From Catajapyx aquilonaris (taxonomy: Eukaryota), in NCBI GenBank assembly GCA_000934665.2, contig JYFJ02003039.1, positions 1 to 47,034 of the forward strand: a stretch of DNA of 47,034 bases, given 5' to 3'. Shown here one piece after another: positions 34,301 to 44,847 of the stretch. Numbering within the stretch: the stretch's first letter is position 1; every line of letters starts with the position of its first letter. Position numbers and translations under genes: made by a program. The notes beneath the pieces are model-generated. The model was not told the origin of the DNA. It did not search any database and saw only the letters and a list, made by a program, of their open reading frames with translations.

Positions 34301-37180
34301 CCAGAGTGAGTTACCAAAGGGGAGATATTCGCGAATTCAGGAGGCATCAGATGAGGACAGTTCAGACAGCGAAAGCAGCAGTTCAGGTGATTGGTTTGGT
34401 AGTGTGTTGCATGTGAACAGTTGTGATATGCATTTTCCATTTCAGATGAGAGTTCAGAAGAATCTGCAAGATCTGATAGTGACGTGTCATCAGATGGTGA
34501 CAGCTCAAGTTCTGATATCTCTTCAGAAGCTGAAGATGGAGAACAGAGGGACCTTGAGAGAGAGAGGATAAAAGCAGAGTTAGGGTTAGGAACATTTACT
34601 CTTTTATGTAATACAAACTCACTCTCTGTGCATACAGGCAACAACTATGTTATCCTAAAGTTAGTGTGACATGGGCTCTGATGAAATATTGAAAACACTT
34701 GACAAAAAATCAAGAATTCCTTACTTAAATTTTCACCATGATGTAGTGTCAAAAATAAATTGGGGGTTCAAAAACAGTTTGCAATATTAATCGTCTGTCA
34801 GGGATGGCTGTCCCAATGACAATGTTATAAATGCTAGTCCTTCTCGTTTTGGAGTGATTCCCAGTCTTGATGAAATTGCCATGGGCATGGTAAAACACAA
34901 TTTTAGCAGTCCAGTTTTGTTTTTTTGTTTTTCTTCTTCCCTACTGCTGTGATTATTATTGATAGGGATATTATTATTGTCTTCACTTGCAGGCTGATAA
35001 CTCCTACTGGTAGTGTGACTCCTATCCCATCTGAGAATGTATCAGAGGATGAGCCAGAAATTGACCATCTTCTCACAGAGTCAGAGGCTATCAGATCAAA
35101 AACAGAGGAAGTGTCTGCCATGGAGAAGGCACAGATGGCACTGGAAGAACCTCGCCTGTCATCACCAGATGAAAGGAGGGGCCAGGACCAGTCGAAGAAC
35201 TCGGCTGCCGAGGCCCTGATGGCACTGGCCGGTTCCTCTGAGCGTGTCAAAATGAATGGGGAGGTGGACATGGCACCCCTAGTACCTGCAAAGGTGGATA
35301 TAGTACCACTGCCAGAGGAGGAGCAAATGAGCCCCTTATTTGCGGATCACTGCTACTGCCTCCCACCCTCGGAGGCTCCCAAACCGGAGCAGCCAGTGGC
35401 CGCCTGGAACCATGATCATGGATACACCAGGCCAAGGACACCTCCACTGCCATCCCTTGCAGTGCCACAGGAAGTGGAGCCTGCAGTCGTTCCAACCCCA
35501 GAACCACCACCACCATCTGTTCCACCACCAGCCCCAAAGAGAGCACCCAAGAGGCCAAGGCAGACCAAAATAATGGGCCTGCCACTGTCCCCAGTCAAAC
35601 CACCACCCAAGCCAGAGTTCAGGAAGCGAGATCTTGTGGAGGAGATGAACGTTCTGTATGAGTTCCTTACCAAAGGCATAGATGCAGAGGACATTGGTTT
35701 CCTCAAGAAGAGTTACAAGATGATGTTGGCAGATGATCGGCAAGGCTACTGGTTGAACGATACTCACTGGGTTGACCATGCATATATCCTTTTGAGCTTA
35801 AGACATTTCTTTTCAGAGTGGAGTAGAGTTTTAACTTGGCCATGGTTATGTTATGAACTAAATGCATGACGCGACTCATAAATGAGGAGTTTCTAGCTGC
35901 TTGTTGTTTCATTATTAATGCATGGAAAACTTAATCTGCCAGAGTTGCTGTTGTGAAGACCACCTTTTCGCTACATGTAGTGAAGTAATGGGTTGGGTAT
36001 TTACATCTGAGATATCAAGTTTCTCAGCCATCTCTCATGTTGGACATGATTTTGCCTCCTTGACTGCTTGTTCACTGACAGACATTCCAAACCCTCCTCG
36101 CAAGAAGCGCAGGGGTGGTGAGGACCTTCGCCTGCATGTGACAGGGTGTGCCCGAACGGAGGGCTACTACAAGATTGACCTTCGGGAGAAGGCCAGGCAC
36201 AAGCACCACTACGCCCAAACATTGGAGCTGACATCCTCCTCATCCACCTTCCTAGATCATCCAATTGAGAGAAGTGGGAAGGCAGTGAAAATGCAGGCCC
36301 TATCCAGGGAAGCAAGATCCAACCAGAGGAGACTGCTTGCTGCCTTTGGGGATGAGATTGACTCAGACCTGCTCAAGTTCAACCAGCTCAAGGTAATCCT
36401 AAAGATTGCCCTTTTTTTAATGCACTGAATTTTGTGTGTGACTAGATCACTATAATTTTATGGTTATTGCAGTGCATGAAGACAATAACATGCAATAATT
36501 TGCTTTCTGCTTTCCAGTTCCGTAATAAGCAGCTGAAATTTGCCAAGTCTCCTATTCACGACTGGGGCCTGTTTGCAATGGAACCCATTGCGGCAGATGA
36601 GATGGTCATTGAGTATGTGGGGCAAATGGTGCGGCCCTCCGTGGCAGACATCAGGGAGAGGCACTACGAGGCTGTTGGTATTGGCAGCTCGTACCTGTTC
36701 CGGATAGATCTGGAAACCATCATTGATGCCACCAGATGTGGGAATCTTGCTAGGTTTATCAACCACAGTTGCAATGTAAGTTGCATTCATGGACTTGTTG
36801 GTACTTGACAAAATGCTCTTAATACTGATTTCTATGCCTGAAATATTTCCGTTGCAAACATTACGACACTCGGCACATCAGTGAAGTTTGGTCAATCAAT
36901 ATTCAAGTGGCATCTCCCTTTTCTTCCCTGATTACTATAAAAATCATGACGACAAACCTGAAAATGTGATGATTTCATTGCTGCTGACACAATCTCATCT
37001 TTACAGCCCAACTGCTATGCGAAGATAATCACAATTGAGAGCCAGAAGAAGATTGTGATATATTCGAAGCAGCAGATCAATGTGAACGAAGAGATCACGT
37101 ATGACTACAAGTTCCCAATAGAAGACGAAAAGATCCCTTGTTTGTGTGGAGCTCCGCAGTGCAGGGGGACACTCAACTGA
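28331..37180 (+). CDS. Set1: Histone H3K4 methyltransferase SET1 (SETD1A/B orthologue), 12 coding exons
   Basis: Exons approx. 28331-28734, 28952-30536, 31530-32113, 32190-32319, 33519-33719, 33800-33916, 34305-34386, 34446-34578, 34993-35783, 36076-36392, 36518-36775, 37007-37180. [11 protein letters not shown]-terminal motif, RRM (FKIDSNYVG...[10 protein letters not shown]), [23 protein letters not shown], Win motif [15 protein letters not shown] (IHDWGLFA...[11 protein letters not shown]...EEITYDYKF), post-[16 protein letters not shown]. Confidence 0.96.
32352..33359. mobile_element. PIF/Harbinger (Tourist-like) non-autonomous element in a SET1 intron
   Basis: TAA|GGGCCGCATTTTCAACATCCT...AGGACGTTGAAAATACGGCCC|TAA: ~21-bp TIR and 3-bp TAA TSD. 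Confidence 0.85.
33961..34213. mobile_element. Degenerate Kolobok-like MITE in a SET1 intron
   Basis: TTAA|AGGGTCAC...GTGGCCCT|TTGA: short imperfect TIR with TTAA-like flanks. Confidence 0.45.
35784..36075 (+). other. U12-type (minor spliceosome) AT-AC intron of SET1
   Basis: 5' site ATATCCTTTT at 35784, branch site TCCTTGAC at 36057-36064, 3' AC at 36074-36075; removal joins CAT GCA T|TG ACA GAC in frame ([17 protein letters not shown]). Confidence 0.92.
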
Positions 37181-37775
37181 ACTCTTGCCAACAGTGGCAC
37201 TGTGGACAGTTTTTCAAGCTGCGTTTTACAGTCATGGACAACAGTTTCTGCTCCCCATCTGCAGGCTTGTGCAAGACCCGAGAGGAACAGAATGGACAAT
37301 TGTTTTGTTCAATTGATTTGTACTGGGTTTCTGTGTGTTTGTGTGAACACATTTGAAGCATTTTTAAAACAATGTGCCGATCAGAATTCAGCACCAAGTC
37401 AAATAAGGCTGCATGAAAAAAAAAATATATGGTGCATCAATACAAAATATTATTATTAAGGTAGACTGGGTGTCGCCTGTGTTTTTCTAATGTGTTGTAT
37501 TTTTTTTCTCCCCCCAAGTTGTCTCAACAATGTTTTCCCCCCTTGTTGAGCGCAAGCACGCATTTAGCAAGTGCATCAAATTCGAAGGAAGGATGTGAGT
37601 GTGTGTGTGATTGTGTGGAAGGGTTAAATGAACTTGTATATCTGCTGACATCCTCCTGTGAACTGTAAAGTAAAATTATTGGAAGACCATTTTGTAAAAG
37701 TGGAATTGTCATTTATCTTATTGATGGTATAGTCATATTCACAAATCACAATATTAGGTCCATGTCATCCCCCCA

Positions 37776-39027
37776 TCACGAAGGTGCTTGGTCTTCCACA
37801 AGGTGCTCCTGTAACCGCTGCATGTCTAATTGGTTCTGGGCTATGTCATGCAGTGCACTCTGTATCTGCTCCAACACTGATTCTCCCCGAGCGACCACTT
37901 CTTCCAAGCGTTGGGCTGCATCCTGATTGTCCTGCTCCAGTCTCCGTAAACTCTGCAGCTGGGAAATAGTGTGTAAAATAAGTTTTGGGAATGGTGTTTG
38001 TCAGTTTTCATGAATGGATGTCATTTGCTGTTTTTCTACACAATGGCCAAATCATCGTTAAAAATATGGAAATGCTTTTAACCCTTTCATTCCCACTGTA
38101 GCCATATGGCAACAATTAATCTGGCGGCAAAGCGTTCGCATGCAGAAGGCAAACTTTGTGGGTCAAACTTCTTGTGGCATCTAGTGGATGGTGACTCAGC
38201 ACCCACAAAGTCGGATTGTTATATTTTGCTCGCGCCCTTGAAAGGTAAACAACCCCCCACCCGGCCGCGTAATTACAGGGTGTCCCATAAGTCTGGACTC
38301 TTAGGAATTTCTCATAGTGCAGTGTTTTAGTATTATTTTGCAACCATCGTAACAATTTTATAGTGATTTTAAAAATTTAAATTAATTCAATTGCATTTAA
38401 AGTTAATTGCCTTTAAATTTTTTTTCTGGAACACCCAGTAGGGGAATGTTTTCGGCATTTTTACATTCCAAAGGACCACCACGAGTAAAAATGATAAATA
38501 TTGAAGAACATTGTTTTTCATTATATCACTCCTACTACAAATTTTTTTCAAAAAGAGAAGAAACGGCCCAAAAAATTCAGGAATGAAAGGGTTAACACAT
38601 TTCTGATAGGTTCTTAATATTTGTTGGCTTCAGAATTTTGCATGTGCTGCTAATCACATCTCTCGACATGCTCAGTTACAACCTGAAGTTCCATGGACGA
38701 CTCCTCGCTGGGAAGGGACTCGATGAGGACGTCAATGTCTTTGGCGCATCGAGCTATCAGGCTGGCGAACAGCTTGGCAAAATCTGTCGAAATAATACGT
38801 CGCTGAGGTGTTATTTCTTCAACTTTGCATCGAGGCAGATCATTTCATGAATGCTTACTGTCACTATTCTCCTCCGGGTTCTGCTGCGAGGGTGTTTGGC
38901 TCCCGCTCCGGTCGAACCCTGGGAACTTGCTTGGGGTGGCCAACTGCTGCAGGATCCCGATGCTGTTGCACAGGTTCTCTGCCTGAGTGTTTATCGCGTC
39001 TTGAAGCTGAGTCAACCTGTCCGCCAT
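37776..39027 (-). CDS. MED21: Mediator complex subunit 21, 3 coding exons
   Basis: Exons 38859-39027, 38683-38783, 37776-37958: [28 protein letters not shown]...[73 protein letters not shown]. Confidence 0.96.
38082..38591. mobile_element. piggyBac-type MITE in MED21 intron 2
   Basis: TTAA|CCCTTTCATTCC...GGAATGAAAGGG|TTAA: 12-bp TIR with CCC/GGG ends and TTAA TSD. Confidence 0.88.
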
Positions 39028-39480
39028 CTTTACTCGAGGCGCGGCTGGTTCAAGCCACGTGCGCAGGGCGGCGCTGCCTACCCTTTGCCCTCAACCGACC
39101 CGTTTAATTCTGGGCAATTAATGCCCTCGAGCCCTCCGAATATTTTAGAAATTCCGAAAATGCTGGTATGGGGTAAATTCCGCTTGAATTCGGGTCTGAA
39201 ACAATAGGGACGGAGGAGCCACGTTAGCCCCTTCCGTCAGTTTTGCGACCCCGTGTCATTTGTCATTGCCAGATGCTCAAATAGAACGACGGTTTTAAAT
39301 GGTAAAATATTTAACACTGCAAGTGTTAATTATCACCTGCTGTATTATTTCACGTTGTCTATCATATTTTCCAGGTAATCATATGCTGAACAGGCCAGTA
39401 CTAGAAACAAGTAGGTGAGGATGAAACCCTCGGCATCTGGCACCTTGTCAGCCGGCCCACTTCCGCCCCGCAGCAAGCAG

Positions 39481-39571
39481 CATCCTCTTGTTGTAGTAGC
39501 GACGAGAGAGACGTAGCAGCACGCCGCTGGTCGGGTTTTCGGCACACGTTTCGTGTCTAAGGAGACTTAAA
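39481..39571 (+). promoter_or_regulatory. Probable RPLP2 pyrimidine (TCT/TOP-like) start and non-coding first exon
   Basis: CATCCTCTTGTT pyrimidine tract preceded by an ETS-like ACTTCCGCC, and a GTAAGT donor at 39572 that can join the acceptor CTTTACAG two bases before the RPLP2 ATG. Confidence 0.55.
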
Positions 39572-40206
39572 GTAAGTGTCGGGCTGGCTGGGGAAAGGAG
39601 CACTGGGCACTGGGGATCAGGGAAATATTAGGTTGTCAGCTGGAATAGTGAAAATGAAAGCGGGATGACTCCTGTGAGGTAGCGTGGGTGCACAGGGGCT
39701 AGGCCTGGCTGCACGTGGGACACAACTCCCTAGTCGCTGCCAGTTTGGTCTTGTGCACACCCGAGTTGCTTGTAGATTCTTGTAAATGAGTCTGAAACCA
39801 ACCAACTTATGCCAGGATGTGGGTACAGTCACCCAAGATGCGATGGTGGCATGTTCGTGTATCATGCGGCGTCTGTAGGCCGGCATTCCCGATGCAGTGT
39901 GGGGTGCATTGCCTGCCAAAGTAGTGTAGAAGTACCAATACTGCCATGGTAGCCCTGTCTTCTGCCACTTAAGTCTGCTGCAGTCATATTACACACCTTT
40001 CCTGCAATCTGGCACAAGTAATGTGGTTTTGGATTCGCACAATTTTTGCAATGAAAGAATAGTGTGGGAAACTACTGGGTGCACATTTTCAACTGATTAG
40101 GAACAACCTACATTAAAATATATTGTGAGTTACTTGAAAAACTGATCCTGCAACGGTTCCTATATGAAGATGTAAAATGGGTGAAAATTTTTGAGGGTGT
40201 ACCCAT

Positions 40207-40408
40207 GGGGCCATACACATATTACGTCGGCACATTTTTGAACCCCCCTCATCATACTTTGTCATCATTTGGCAACCTATCCCCCGCCCCCTTGGTTTTT
40301 GGTTGGTTTATTCGTCCCAACATGGACACCCCTCTCCCCCTCTCGTCGTCATTGGTCATCAGGCAGCAACCCCCCCCCTCGACGATGACGTACTATATGT
40401 ATAGCCAC
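40207..40408. mobile_element. Harbinger-like MITE in RPLP2 intron 1
   Basis: Imperfect TIR GGGGCCATACACATATTACGTC / GACGTACTATATGTATAGCCAC with C-run subterminal repeats. Confidence 0.55.
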
Positions 40409-40650
40409 TTATGCAAAACGGGGTAAGAGAGCAATTTAGTTCCAGTGCCCATGTTTCCAGCAAATGGGAGAAGAAGGAATTAAGCATGAATTTCAGCCCC
40501 GTTTCTCATGTCATTCACCTTGATTAATTACTTGAAAAGAGAACCTCATTATGGATGAAGTTAGAGCTTGTTAGGATTCTTTTCGCACTGCATCTTTTGG
40601 GGAAACAACTGAGGAGGCAGTTACTAATGAAGATCTGTCACTTTACAGAA

Positions 40651-41240
40651 ATGCGTTACGTGGCCGGTTACCTTTTGGCCGTCTTGGGCGGGAAGAACAA
40701 CCCTAGCCAAGCTGACATTGAGAAGATCCTAGGATCCGTAGGGATAGAATCCGATGGAGAGAAGCTGAAGAAGGTCATCGGTGAACTCAGTGGGAAGAAC
40801 CTTGAAGAGCTCATTGAGCAGGGTATGCTAGTCAAGGGTTTAAATTATGGATGCTGCTAACAATAAGTTGAGAGTAATCAATGTATTTTGTTAAGGAATG
40901 GGCAAGTTGGCCAGCATGCCTTCTGCTGGAGCTCCAGTTGCGGCAGCAGCTGCAGCGGCACCTGCAGCTGAGGAAAAGAAAGGTACGATTTTTAAACTAT
41001 TTCAAGCAAGAGTAATTTTTAAGCGTCGATGATGCAACTTTCAATCACCATCTTTCGACTGAAAAACTGTCGTTGATGATATTTTTTGACTGAGACATCG
41101 CAGCTGCCCAATATTTCAATGTTTTGTGTGACAAGTTGAAACTAATTAACATTTTTGCACTTGCAGAAGAGAAGAAGGAGGAGAAGAAGGAAGAATCCGA
41201 GGAGTCTGAGGAGGATCTGGGCTTTGGATTGTTCGATTAA
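40651..41240 (+). CDS. RPLP2: 60S acidic ribosomal protein P2, 3 coding exons
   Basis: Exons 40651-40822, 40896-40982, 41167-41240: MRYVAGYLLAVLGGKNNPSQADIEKILGSVGIE...GMGKLASMP...EEKKEESEESEEDLGFGLFD; AATAAA at 41324-41329. Confidence 0.97.
41025..41096 (+). ncRNA. Intronic box C/D snoRNA (snR39/snR59/U32/U51-like guide for LSU rRNA 2'-O-methylation)
   Basis: Terminal stem GTC/GAC, box C ATGATGC (41029-41035, one mismatch), guide TCACCATCTTTCG (41045-41057) complementary to conserved LSU rRNA CGAAAGAUGGUGA, D' CTGA (41059-41062), C' TGATGA (41074-41079), D CTGA (41090-41093), ~70 nt upstream of the 3' splice site. Confidence 0.88.
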
Positions 41241-41359
41241 AATGGGAACAAGGGCCTCTCTCTTTATGTGGGTGGTGTTCTCTAAGATGAACATTGATCT
41301 CGTGTAAAGCTAGAGGATCATGTAATAAAAACCCCAGTTTATATCCAGAGTATTTTAAT

Positions 41360-42760
41360 TCAGGTCTCTCTTGCGATTCTCAACATTTCATTCACATGGA
41401 TAATTTTTTCAGCTAACTTTCCACTTGATTTACCTAGTTCCAGCTCCGCTTTCTCAATTTTTTTCCAGTCTGAGAATGATACGGCTTGAACTCCTCGTTG
41501 CTGCATAACAGGCACTACACCACTTTTTTCTTTCTCAATGGACACCTTCCCAGCTTCCAAGTCCTTCAAAATGGTCTTACCCACATCGAATCCATCAGCC
41601 ATCGTGGCCAATATAACCCCAACTGGTCCTCTTGATACCCATCCACTGCAGTATACACCAGGTATGCCTGTCACCCGCCCCTTTGAGTTTGAAATTACTC
41701 CATTTTTGTCATCGAATGGGAGGGGGTCCCCAGGTAAGTTGGTGCTCCGATATCCTATCGATCTGAGCACTAGTCCACACTCCTGAAGTTCAGTGTCACC
41801 TGTAGGCACAGCCTTGTCATCTTGCAACTGGTTGATGCCTAGCTGAATGGCATGCACCTTCCCATCCTTTGACTGGATCTCAAGGGGGCTTCGGAAGAAC
41901 TTGAGCTCCCACCACTTTTGGCACGCCTTTGGTGGCTGCTGCTGCAGCGTTTTGAGCAACAACTCTGTGAGCCTTTTCCGAGGTCGAGGCAGCTCCTTTA
42001 TTGCTGGTTCAATGCCTTCAAAATCTGACTTGTGCAGGGTGGCTCCACAACCTGGCAGTTTGGTCATCTCACGCAACTCTTTTATAGTAAAGGCAGCCTG
42101 CAGTGGTCCTCGTCGCCCAATCAAGATGACTCGCTTCACTCTGCTGCCGGACAAGGCATGCAATGCACGTGCAGTTATGTCAGTCTTTTTGAGAATGTCC
42201 ACCGGAGTCAGCAAAATACGGGCAACGTCCAGTGCAACATTGCCATGCCCAATCACTGTGGCAGTATCAGTCTGTAGGTCAACCTCCAAGTCATTGTCTT
42301 CAGGTAGACCATTATACCACCCAACAAATCTGCGGGCTGCAAGAACATTTGGAAGATCCTCCCCTGGCATTCCCAGCTTCTGATCTTCTGAGGCACCATA
42401 TGATAAAACAATGACATGGTAAGCATCCTGCAGCTCTGCAAACGTGATGTCTTTCCCAACACACACGTTCCCTATGAAGTTGACCCTCGGATTTTCTGCC
42501 ACACTACTGAAGGTGTTTGTCACATTCTTGACTTCTGGATGGTCTGGCGCTATACCATACCGGACCAGACCAAACGGGACTGGCATCTGATCTATGATGT
42601 CCACTGTGAGGGATGTATGACCCTTGATCAGCTGATGTGTTGTGTAAAATCCAGCTGGTCCACTCCCAACCACACACACCCTTGGAGACACCAGGCAGCG
42701 GGTCGGCACTGTTGAAACTCTCCATGCTCGAAGCAGTCCTTTTGCAGCCAAGGGTCTCAT
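41360..42760 (-). CDS. FDXR: NADPH:adrenodoxin oxidoreductase (ferredoxin reductase), mitochondrial; single coding exon
   Basis: 466-aa ORF from MRPLAAKGLLRAWRVS (presequence-like), VVGSGPAGFY FAD motif, PFGLVRYGIAPDHPEVK, VIGHGNVALDVARIL NADPH motif, GRRGP, FTIKELRE, GWVSRGPVGVI. Confidence 0.96.
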   Translation of the reverse strand: MRPLAAKGLLRAWRVSTVPTRCLVSPRVCVVGSGPAGFYTTHQLIKGHTSLTVDIIDQMPVPFGLVRYGIAPDHPEVKNVTNTFSSVAENPRVNFIGNVCVGKDITFAELQDAYHVIVLSYGASEDQKLGMPGEDLPNVLAARRFVGWYNGLPEDNDLEVDLQTDTATVIGHGNVALDVARILLTPVDILKKTDITARALHALSGSRVKRVILIGRRGPLQAAFTIKELREMTKLPGCGATLHKSDFEGIEPAIKELPRPRKRLTELLLKTLQQQPPKACQKWWELKFFRSPLEIQSKDGKVHAIQLGINQLQDDKAVPTGDTELQECGLVLRSIGYRSTNLPGDPLPFDDKNGVISNSKGRVTGIPGVYCSGWVSRGPVGVILATMADGFDVGKTILKDLEAGKVSIEKEKSGVVPVMQQRGVQAVSFSDWKKIEKAELELGKSSGKLAEKIIHVNEMLRIARET

Positions 42761-43492
42761 GTTGGGAACTGCTGGAATGCAACAAGGTCTCTTATCACCT
42801 CCTCTTATCAGGTGTTTACTTGCACCTTGACATCTATTAGAAACCTTATTAAGCGAAATACTTGTCAGAAAGCATGCCAGCAATAAACTCTAGTGTCGAC
42901 GATGATGCTGGGGGCCAGCCAGTGGGCAGAAACACAACCTTTTCGTCGTCCAAAGGCGATCCAAAGTCACGCCAGAATCTCATTAGCGGCGGCCATTTTA
43001 GATCCATCCCGTGAGCTTCGTTGCTTGGAATGTCCTGATCAAACATGGCGTCTGGGTGGACCAAACCCCAACCGACATGTGACTGGAACTACTTTTCTGG
43101 TACGTGGAGGTTTGGCGGGTGGATACTTTTGTGGGGCGGGGTGAGACGTCGGATGGAGAGAGGGTGAGGAGGCGGGCAATGGATGGAGCAGTAGGAAGGG
43201 CGGCAGGGGGGCGGTAGTTGGCCGAGGGTGGACTTTCCTTCGTCACGCAGTCGTGCCGGCAGCCGCCATGTTGCGAGGGGGATCTCCTCTGGCAGGGACA
43301 GCCTAGCCCCTCAGTCTCTCTCGCTCTACACACTCATTCGTCGGTGTTCGGATCACACACCCGTCATCACTTGGGAACTCGCCGGTGTCAGTTGGCACAC
43401 GCCGGTTCTACTGCCCACGGTTCACCGCACAGTGATCAGCCCGCCCCGGGGCAGACACCTCCCGTTGGACTCGAGGTAGCGGAAAGGGCACC

Positions 43493-43534
43493 ATGGCGCA
43501 GATGCTGCCCATTCGCTTCCAGGAGCACCTGCAG
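43493..43534 (+). CDS. Chc: Clathrin heavy chain, first coding exon (gene continues beyond the window)
   Basis: CACC ATG GCG CAG ATG CTG CCC ATT CGC TTC CAG GAG CAC CTG CAG|GTACG = MAQMLPIRFQEHLQ, the conserved clathrin heavy chain N-terminus ending at a phase-0 donor after codon 14. Confidence 0.93.
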
Positions 43535-44333
43535 GTACGACAATCGACACCACCTATTGTGCGGGATCCAGTCACGGGATGGTGACACGCTCCATTGGGA
43601 GTGTCCCGTGTGTGCGTTTAGGTGATGTGGCAGGTGGTACGGAGGAGGATGAATGGAGAGAATATGGAGGAATAAAAAGAAGGGAAGGACGAAAAAAAAT
43701 GGGGTGTCAGGTGGGTGGAGGGGGTTAGGACGGGAAGGTATAGGGGAAGGGGGGCGTGGGAGTCGGAGAATGTCACACAGTCGGTGGCATCCGGCAGGGC
43801 AGCCGGACACTCGAGGGTTTATCGCCATGGCATGCATTGGGGGCACTTTGGCCGTCCATTAACCCATTTCATGATTGGGCTGGTTGCATTTCTCAGGAGA
43901 GTTGCCATTGCACCCGCAATGAATGTGGTTACAGATGAATGTAGGGTGTTGATAGCACATTGGGTGCATGTTTGATTGGGATGGTTGTCAAACTTGTAGG
44001 GCACTGGCAGGGTTGGGATCCATTCAGAGGAAGTGGAATGCAGTTGATTATGGAAGGGCATGTCACAGGCTTGGTATGTAGACTAGGCAATGCAATTTTC
44101 AGCAAGTTACAAGTTGTAATCACAGGAAGTGGGCAAATCGGAACCTGTCAGTTATTGCAAAATGACCTGAGAGTCACTGCTGTGGCATATAGTGTTGACC
44201 TCTGATGGCGATGGCATGCACATGTTGCAGTCTAGTAGGACTATGACCTGCATGATATAAAACTGGTTCATTCCTAAAAGTCTGGTGGAAGCCAATCCAG
44301 CAGTAGATGTGATGGTCATCTTTCATGAAAATA

Positions 44334-44847
44334 CAGTAAACCTTCTATAAGTCGAATCCCCATGGGACCAGAAAAAAACTTCGAGTTATAGATGATTAGA
44401 GTGAGAGAAGTTTGGAATTTGTTGTCGACAAGGAACCTTTATATCCAGTGTAGAAAGGTATTCAAAACTTAAAAATAACTGTCACTATCACACTACAATG
44501 TTCCTCATTGTTTTGTTGTAAAAAAAAAACCTACTTATGGACATTTGCCTACTCTTAGATCGGATCTCACTCATGGCATGAGTCATTACAAGTAGTCAGA
44601 GATCATGAAGGAGCCTTTCTCTCGACCCTTCAGCTGTGAAATGAGAAAAGTTTCCGTACTCGTCAACATGAACTTCGACTTAGGGAGACTGAAAATGCAT
44701 TGATATCTCATCGTAAGGCCCTGCCTGCGTCACTTCAAGTTGGGGAAGTTTATTTGCTGTTCTTTTACATTGTGACCAGCCAAGCTCATCATTTTCTTCG
44801 ACTTATAGAGAACTTCGACTTAAGTTCTACTTGTAGAAGTTTTACTG
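44334..44847. mobile_element. pogo/Tigger-like MITE, copy 2 (inverted relative to 22519-23121)
   Basis: TA|CAGTAAACCTTCTATAAGTCGAA...TTCTACTTGTAGAAGTTTTACTG|CA; interior blocks (ATGGACATTTGCCTACTCTTAGAT, TTAGGGAGACTGAAAATGCATTGATATC) are reverse complements of copy 1. Confidence 0.9.

Noticed and set aside
40431..40565. Two adjacent hairpins in RPLP2 intron 1 as an H/ACA snoRNA
   Set aside because: No ANANNA hinge box or correctly placed ACA tail found.
42761..42883. 41-aa N-terminal extension of FDXR in the ORF track
   Set aside because: Starts at TTG and crosses an acceptor-like sequence; ATG at 42760 gives a normal mitochondrial presequence.
42967..42996. Minus-strand uORF MAAANEILA upstream of FDXR
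   Set aside because: Cannot be spliced in frame by the sites I see and is equally explained by a YY1/Pho motif; TSS unknown.
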